A stretch of DNA of 40,301 bases, taken from contig JAUCBJ010001754.1 in NCBI GenBank assembly GCA_032718475.1, forward strand, positions 1 to 40,301, in the 5' to 3' direction. The position numbers and the translations under genes are program-made. How positions within the stretch are numbered: the first letter of the stretch is position 1; every line of letters starts with the position of its first letter. The notes under the pieces are model-generated. The model was not told the DNA's origin, ran no database searches, and worked only from the letters and a program-made list of their open reading frames with translations. The DNA is from Nemertoderma westbladi. Its lineage: Eukaryota; Animalia; Xenacoelomorpha. Below are positions 33,101 through 40,301 of this stretch, in pieces.

Positions 33101-36100
33101 ATTTTGTGAGGTCTTTGTCATTTATTTTGTGAGGTCTTTGTCATTTATTTTGTGAGGTCTTTGTCATTTATTTTGCGAGGTCTTTGTCATTTATTTTGCG
33201 AGGTCTTTGTCATTTATTTTGTGAGGTCTTTGTCATTTATTTTGTGAGGTCTTTGTCATTTATTTTGTGAGGTCTTTGTCATTTATTTTGCGAGGTCTTT
33301 GTCATTTATTTTGTGAGGTGTTTGTCATTTATTTTGTGAGGTCTTTGTCATTTATTTTGTGAGGTCTTTGTCATTTATTTTGTGAGGTCTTTGTCATTTA
33401 TTTTGTGAGGTCTTTGTCATTTATTTTGCGAGGTCTTTGTCATTTATTTTGTGAGGTCTTTGTCATTTATTTTGTGAGGTCTTTGTCATTTAATTTGTGA
33501 GGTCTTTGTCATTTATTTTGTGAGGTCTTTGTCATTTATGTTGTGAGATCTTTGTCATTTATTTTGTGAGACCTAGTTGTCATTTATGTTGTGAGGTCTT
33601 TGTCATTTATTTTGTGAGGTCTTTGTCATTTATTTTGTGAGGTCTTTGTCATTTAATTTGTGAGATCTTTGTCATTTATTTTGTGAGATCTTTGTCATTT
33701 ATTTTGTGAGGTCTTTGTCATTTAATTTGTGAGATCTTTGTCATTTATTTTGTGAGGTCTTTGTCATTTATTTTGTGAGACCTTTGTCATTTATTTTGTG
33801 AGACCTTTGTCATTTATGTTGTGAGGTCTTTGTCATTTATTTTGTGAGGTCATTGTCATTTAATTTGTGTGATCTTTGTCATTTATTTTGTACGATCTTT
33901 GTCATTTATTTTGTGAGGTCTTTGTCATTTATTTTGTGAGGTCTTTGTCATTTATTTTGTGAGGTCTTTGTCATTTATTTTGTGAGGTCTTTGTCATTTA
34001 TTTTGCGAGGTCTTTGTCATTTATTTTGTGAGGTCTTTGTCATTTATTTTGTGAGGTCTTTGTCATTTATTTTGTGAGGTCTTTGTCATTTATTTTGTGA
34101 GGTCTTTGTCATTTATTTTGTGAGGTCTTTGTCATTTATTTTGTGAGGTCTTTGTCATGAGGTCTTTGTCATTTATTTTGTGAGATCTTTGTCATTTATT
34201 TTATGAGGTATTTGTCATTTATTTTGTGAGGTCTTTGTCGTTTATTTGGTGAGACCTTTGTCATTTATGTTGTGAGACCTTTGTCATTTATGTTGTGAGG
34301 TCTTTGTCATTTATTTTGTGAGGTCTTTGTCATTTATTTTGTGAGGTCTTTGTCATTTAATTTGTGAGATCTTTGTCATTTATTTTGTACGATCTTTGTC
34401 ATTTATTTTGTGAGGTCTTTGTCATTTATTTTGTGAGGTCTTTGTCATTTAATTTGTGAGGTCTTTGTCATTTATTTTGTGAGGTCTTTGTCATTTATTT
34501 TGTGAGGTCTTTGTCATTTATTTTGTGAGGTCTTTGTCATTTATTTTGTGAGGTCTTTGTCATTTATTTTGTGAGGTCTTTGTCATTTATTTTGTGAGGT
34601 CTTTGTCATTTATTTTGTGAGGTCTTTGTCATTTATTTTGTGAGGTCTTTGTCATTTATTTTGTGAGGTCTTTGTCATTTATTTTGTGAGGTCTTTGTCA
34701 TTTATTTTGTGAGGTCTTTGTCATTTATTTTGTGAGGTCTTTGTCATGAGGTCTTTGTCATTTATTTTGTGAGGTCTTTGTCATTTATTTTGTGAGGTCT
34801 TTGTCATTTATTTTGTGAGGTCTTTGTCATTTAATTTGTGAGATCTTTGTCATTTATTTTGTGAGGTCTTTGTCATTTATTTTGTGAGGTCTTTGTCATT
34901 TATTTTGTGAGGTCTTTGTCATTTATTTTGTGAGGTCTTTGTCATTTATTTTGTGAGGTCTTTGTCATTTATTTTGTGAGGTCTTTGTCATTTATTTTGT
35001 GAGGTCTTTGTCATGAGGTCTTTGTCATTTATTTTGTGAGGTCTTTGTCATTTATTTTGTGAGGTCTTTGTCATTTATTTTGTGAGGTCTTTGTCATTTA
35101 ATTTGTGAGATCTTTGCCATTTATTTTGTGAGGTCTTTGTCATTTATTTTGTGAGGTCTTTGTCATTTATTTTGTGAGGTCTTTGTCATTTATTTTGTGA
35201 GGTCTTTGTCATTTATTTTGTGAGGTCTTTGTCATTTAATTTGTGAGATCTTTGTCATTTATTTTGTACGATCTTTGTCATTTATTTTGTGAGGTCTTTG
35301 TCATTTATTTTGTGAGGTCTTTGTCATTTAATTTGTGAGATCTTTGTCATTTATTTTGTACGATCTTTGTCATTTATTTTGTGAGGTCTTTGTCATTTAT
35401 TTTGTGAGGTCTTTGTCATTTATTTTGTGAGGTCTTTGTCATTTATTTTGTGAGGTCTTTGTCATTTATTTTGTGAGGTCTTTGTCATTTATTTTGTGAG
35501 GTCTTTGTCATTTATTTTGTGAGGTCTTTGTCATTTATTTTGTGAGGTCTTTGTCATTTATGTTGTGAGGTCTTTGTCATTTATTTTGTGAGTTCTTTGT
35601 CATTTATTTTGTGAGGTCTTTGTCATTTATTTTGTGAGGTCTTTGTCATTTATTTTGTGAGGTCTTTGTCATTTATTTTGTGAGGTCTTTGTCATTTATT
35701 TTGTGAGGTCTTTGTCATTTATTTTGTGAGGTCTTTGTCATTTAATTTGTGAGATCTTTGTCATTTATTTTGTGAGGTCTTTGTCATGAGGTCTTTGTCA
35801 TTTATTTTGTGAGGTCTTTGTCATTTATTTTGTGAGGTCTTTGTCATTTATTTTGTGAGGTCTTTGTCATTTATTTTGTGAGGTCTTTGTCATTTATTTT
35901 GTGAGGTCTTTGTCATTTATTTTGTGAGGTCTTTGTCATTTATTTTGTGAGGTCTTTGTCATTTAATTTGTGAGATCTTTGTCATTTATTTTGTGAGGTC
36001 TTTGTCATGAGGTCTTTGTCATTTATTTTGTGAGGTCTTTGTCATTTATTTTGTGAGGTCTTTGTCATTTATTTTGTGAGGTCTTTGTCATTTATTTTGT

Positions 36101-39100
36101 GAGGTCTTTGTCATTTATTTTGTGAGGTCTTTGTCATTTATTTTGTGAGGTCTTTGTCATTTATTTTGTGAGGTCTTTGTCATTTATTTTGTGAGGTCTT
36201 TGTCATTTATTTTGTGAGGTCTTTGTCATTTATTTTGTGAGGTCTTTGTCATTTATTTTGTGAGGTCTTTGTCATTTATTTTGTGAGGTCTTTGTCATTT
36301 AATTTGTGAGATCTTTGTCATTTATTTTGTGAGGTCTTTGTCATGAGGTCTTTGTCATTTATTTTGTGAGGTCTTTGTCATTTATTTTGTGAGGTCTTTG
36401 TCATTTATTTTGTGAGGTCTTTGTCATTTAATTTGTGAGATCTTTGCCATTTATTTTGTGAGGTCTTTGTCAATTATTTTGTGAGGTCTTTGTCATTTAA
36501 TTTGTGAGATCTTTGTCATTTATTTTGTACGATCTTTGTCATTTATTTTGTGAGGTCTTTGTCATGAGGTCTTTGTCATTTATTTTGTGAGGTCTTTGTC
36601 ATTTATTTTGTGAGGTCTTTGTCATTTATTTTGTGAGGTCTTTGTCATTTATTTTGCGAGGTCTTTGTCATTTAATTTGTGAGATCTTTGCCATTTATTT
36701 TGTGAGGTCTTTGTCATTTATTTTGTGAGGTCTTTGTCATTTAATTTGTGAGATCTTTGTCATTTATTTTGTACGATCTTTGTCATTTATTTTGTGAGGT
36801 CTTTGTCATTTATTTTGTGAGGTCTTTGTCATTTATTTTGTGAGGTCTTTGTCATGAGGTCTTTGTCATTTATTTTGTGAGGTCTTTGTCATTTATTTTG
36901 TGAGGTCTTTGTCATTTATTTTGTGAGGTCTTTGTCATTTAATTTGTGAGATCTTTGCCATTTATTTTGTGAGGTCTTTGTCATTTATTTTGTGAGGTCT
37001 TTGTCATTTAATTTGTGAGATCTTTGTCATTTATTTTGTACGATCTTTGTCATTTATTTTGTGAGGTCTTTGTCATTTATTTTGTGAGGTCTTTGTCATT
37101 TATTTTGTGAGGTCTTTGTCATTTATTTTGTGAGGTCTTTGTCATTTATTTTGTGAGGTCTTTGTCATTTATTTTGTGAGGTCTTTGTCATTTATTTTGT
37201 GAGGTCTTTGTCATTTATTTTGTGAGGTCTTTATCATGAGGTCTTTGTCATTTATTTTGTGAGGTCTTTGTCATTTATTTTGTACGATCTTTGTCATTTA
37301 TTTTGTGAGGTCTTTGTCATTTATTTTGTGAGGTCTTTGTCATTTATTTTGTGAGGTCTTTGTCATTTATTTTGTGAGATCTTTGTCATTTATTTTGTGA
37401 GGTCTTTGTCATTTATTTTGTGAGGTCTTTGTCATTTATTTTGTGAGGTCTTTGTCATTTATTTTGCGAGGTCTTTGTCATTTATTTTGTGAGGTCTTTG
37501 TCATTTATTTTGTGAGGTCTTTGTCATTTATTTTGTGAGGTCTTTGTCATTTATTTTGTGAGGTCTTTGTCATTTATTTTGTGAGGTCTTTGTCATTTAT
37601 TTTGTGAGGTCTTTGTCATTTATTTTGTGAGACCTTTGTCATTTATTTTGTGAGGTCTTTGTCATTTATTTTGTGAGGTCTTTGTCATTTATTTTGTGAG
37701 GTCTTTGTCATTTATTTTGTGAGGTCTTTGTCATTTATTTTGTGAGGTCTTTGTCATTTATTTTGTGAGGTCTTTGTCATTTATTTTGTGAGACCTTTGT
37801 CATTTATTTTGTGAGGTCTTTGTCATTTATTTTGTGAGGTCTTTGTCATTTATTTTGTGACGTCTTTGTCATTTATTTTGCGAGGTCTTTGTCATTTATT
37901 TTGTGAGGTCTTTGTCATTTATTTTGTGAGGTCTTTGTCATTTATTTTGTGAGGTCTTTGTCATTTATTTTGTGAGGTCTTTGTCATTTATTTTGTGAGG
38001 TCTTTGTCATTTATTTTGCGAGGTCTTTGTCATTTATTTTGTGAGGTCTTTGTCATTTATTTTGTGAGGTCTTTGTCATTTATTTTGTGAGGTCTTTGTC
38101 ATTTATTTTGTGAGGTCTTTGTCATTTATTTTGTGAGGTCTTTGTCATTTATTTTGTGAGGTCTTTGTCATTTATTTTGTGAGACCTTTGTCATTTATTT
38201 TGTGAGGTCTTTGTCATTTATTTTGTGAGGTCTTTGTCATTTATTTTGTGAGGTCTTTGTCATTTATTTTGTGAGGTCTTTGTCATTTATTTTGCGAGGT
38301 CTTTGTCATTTATTTTGCGAGGTCTTTGTCATTTATTTTGTGAGGTCTTTGTCATTTATTTTGTGAGGTCTTTGTCATTTATTTTGTGAGGTCTTTGTCA
38401 TTTATTTTGCGAGGTCTTTGTCATTTATTTTGTGAGGTCTTTGTCATTTATTTTGTGAGGTCTTTGTCATTTATTTTGTGAGGTCTTTGTCATTTATTTT
38501 GTGAGGTCTTTGTCATTTATTTTGTGAGGTCTTTGTCATTTATTTTGCGAGGTCTTTGTCATTTATTTTGTGAGGTCTTTGTCATTTATTTTGTGAGGTC
38601 TTTGTCATTTAATTTGTGAGGTCTTTGTCATTTATTTTGTGAGGTCTTTGTCATTTATGTTGTGAGATCTTTGTCATTTATTTTGTGAGACCTAGTTGTC
38701 ATTTATGTTGTGAGGTCTTTGTCATTTATTTTGTGAGGTCTTTGCCATTTATTTTGTGAGGTCTTTGTCATTTAATTTGTGAGATCTTTGTCATTTATTT
38801 TGTGAGATCTTTGTCATTTATTTTGTGAGGTCTTTGTCATTTAATTTGTGAGATCTTTGTCATTTATTTTGTGAGGTCTTTGTCATTTATTTTGTGAGAC
38901 CTTTGTCATTTATTTTGTGAGACCTTTGTCATTTATGTTGTGAGGTCTTTGTCATTTATTTTGTGAGGTCTTTGTCATTTAATTTGTGTGATCTTTGTCA
39001 TTTATTTTGTACGATCTTTGTCATTTATTTTGTGAGGTCTTTGTCATTTATTTTGTGAGGTCTTTGTCATTTATTTTGTGAGGTCTTTGTCATTTATTTT

Positions 39101-40301
39101 GTGAGGTCTTTGTCATTTATTTTGTGAGGTCTTTGTCATTTATTTTGCGAGGTCTTTGTCATTTATTTTGTGAGGTCTTTGTCATTTATTTTGTGAGGTC
39201 TTTGTCATTTAATTTGTGAGGTCTTTGTCATTTATTTTGTGAGGTCTTTGTCATTTATGTTGTGAGATCTTTGTCATTTATTTTGTGAGGTCTTTGTCAT
39301 TTATTTTGTGAGGTCTTTGTCATTTATTTTGTGAGGTCTTTGTCATGAGGTCTTTGTCATTTATTTTGTGAGATCTTTGTCATTTATTTTATGAGGTATT
39401 TGTCATTTATTTTGTGAGGTCTTTGTCGTTTATTTGGTGAGACCTTTGTCATTTATGTTGTGAGACCTTTGTCATTTATGTTGTGAGGTCTTTGTCATTT
39501 ATTTTGTGAGGTCTTTGTCATTTATTTTGTGAGGTCTTTGTCATTTAATTTGTGAGATCTTTGTCATTTATTTTGTACGATCTTTGTCATTTATTTTGTG
39601 AGGTCTTTGTCATTTATTTTGTGAGGTCTTTGTCATTTAATTTGTGAGATCTTTGTCATTTATTTTGTACGATCTTTGTCATTTATTTTGTGAGGTCTTT
39701 GTCATTTATTTTGTGAGGTCTTTGTCATTTATTTTGTGAGGTCTTTGTCATTTATTTTGTGAGGTCTTTGTCATTTATTTTGTGAGGTCTTTGTCATTTA
39801 TTTTGTGAGGTCTTTGTCATTTATTTTGTGAGGTCTTTGTCATTTATTTTGTGAGGTCTTTGTCATTTATTTTGTGAGGTCTTTGTCATTTATTTTGTGA
39901 GGTCTTTGTCATTTATTTTGTGAGGTCTTTGTCATTTATTTTGTGAGGTCTTTGTCATTTATTTTGTGAGGTCTTTGTCATTTATTTTGTGAGGTCTTTG
40001 TCATTTATTTTGTGAGGTCTTTGTCATTTATTTTGTGAGGTCTTTGTCATTTATTTTGTGAGGTCTTTGTCATTTATTTTGTGAGGTCTTTGTCATTTAA
40101 TTTGTGAGATCTTTGCCATTTATTTTGTGAGGTCTTTGTCATTTATTTTGTGAGGTCTTTGTCATTTATTTTGTGAGGTCTTTGTCATTTATTTTGTGAG
40201 GTCTTTGTCATTTATTTTGTGAGGTCTTTGTCATTTATTTTGTGAGGTCTTTGTCATTTATTTTGTGAGGTCTTTGTCATTTATTTTGTGAGGTCTTTGT
40301 C
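30146..40301. repeat. Satellite B: 23-bp tandem repeat, >10 kb (roughly 440 copies), runs off the window end
   Basis: Unit GAGGTCTTTGTCATTTATTTTGT, with variants (GAGATC, GAGACC, ACGATC, TTAATTT, TATGTT) and occasional 14-bp deleted units (GAGGTCTTTGTCAT). Confidence 0.98.

Noticed and set aside
30146-40301. Telomeric repeat or coding repeat
   Set aside because: The 23-bp unit contains no TTAGGG/TTAGG-type motif and yields no long ORF.

Overview
Eukaryotic (metazoan), AT-rich, repeat-dominated window. It is probably from an echinoderm or other ambulacrarian; this is an inference from the peptide type and recurring TAGGCCTA motifs. The one host gene I can support is a two-exon, minus-strand insulin-family precursor with 8 cysteines (octinsulin-like). 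Exon 1 (29214-29483) encodes the signal peptide, B chain and a short C-peptide. Exon 2 (12854-12949) encodes the A chain, DCCHRKLCSPLFLSDFCC..., and is missing from the supplied ORF track. The exons are joined across a ~16.3 kb phase-0 GT-AG intron. The gene is bracketed by two satellites. A 59/62-bp satellite (~1058-12595) is interrupted by an internally deleted Mag-like Ty3/Gypsy element with a 5-bp TSD. A 23-bp satellite runs from ~30146 to the window end. The intron is a stack of nested transposons: an RTE-like LINE split by a 2.65-kb almost fully palindromic hAT-like element (8-bp TSD) that itself carries a tRNA-derived SINE; two TTAA-flanked poly-G-ended Kolobok-like elements; Helitron-like fragments; a 68-bp minisatellite; and several long hairpins. 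There is no CRISPR array or other prokaryotic system.
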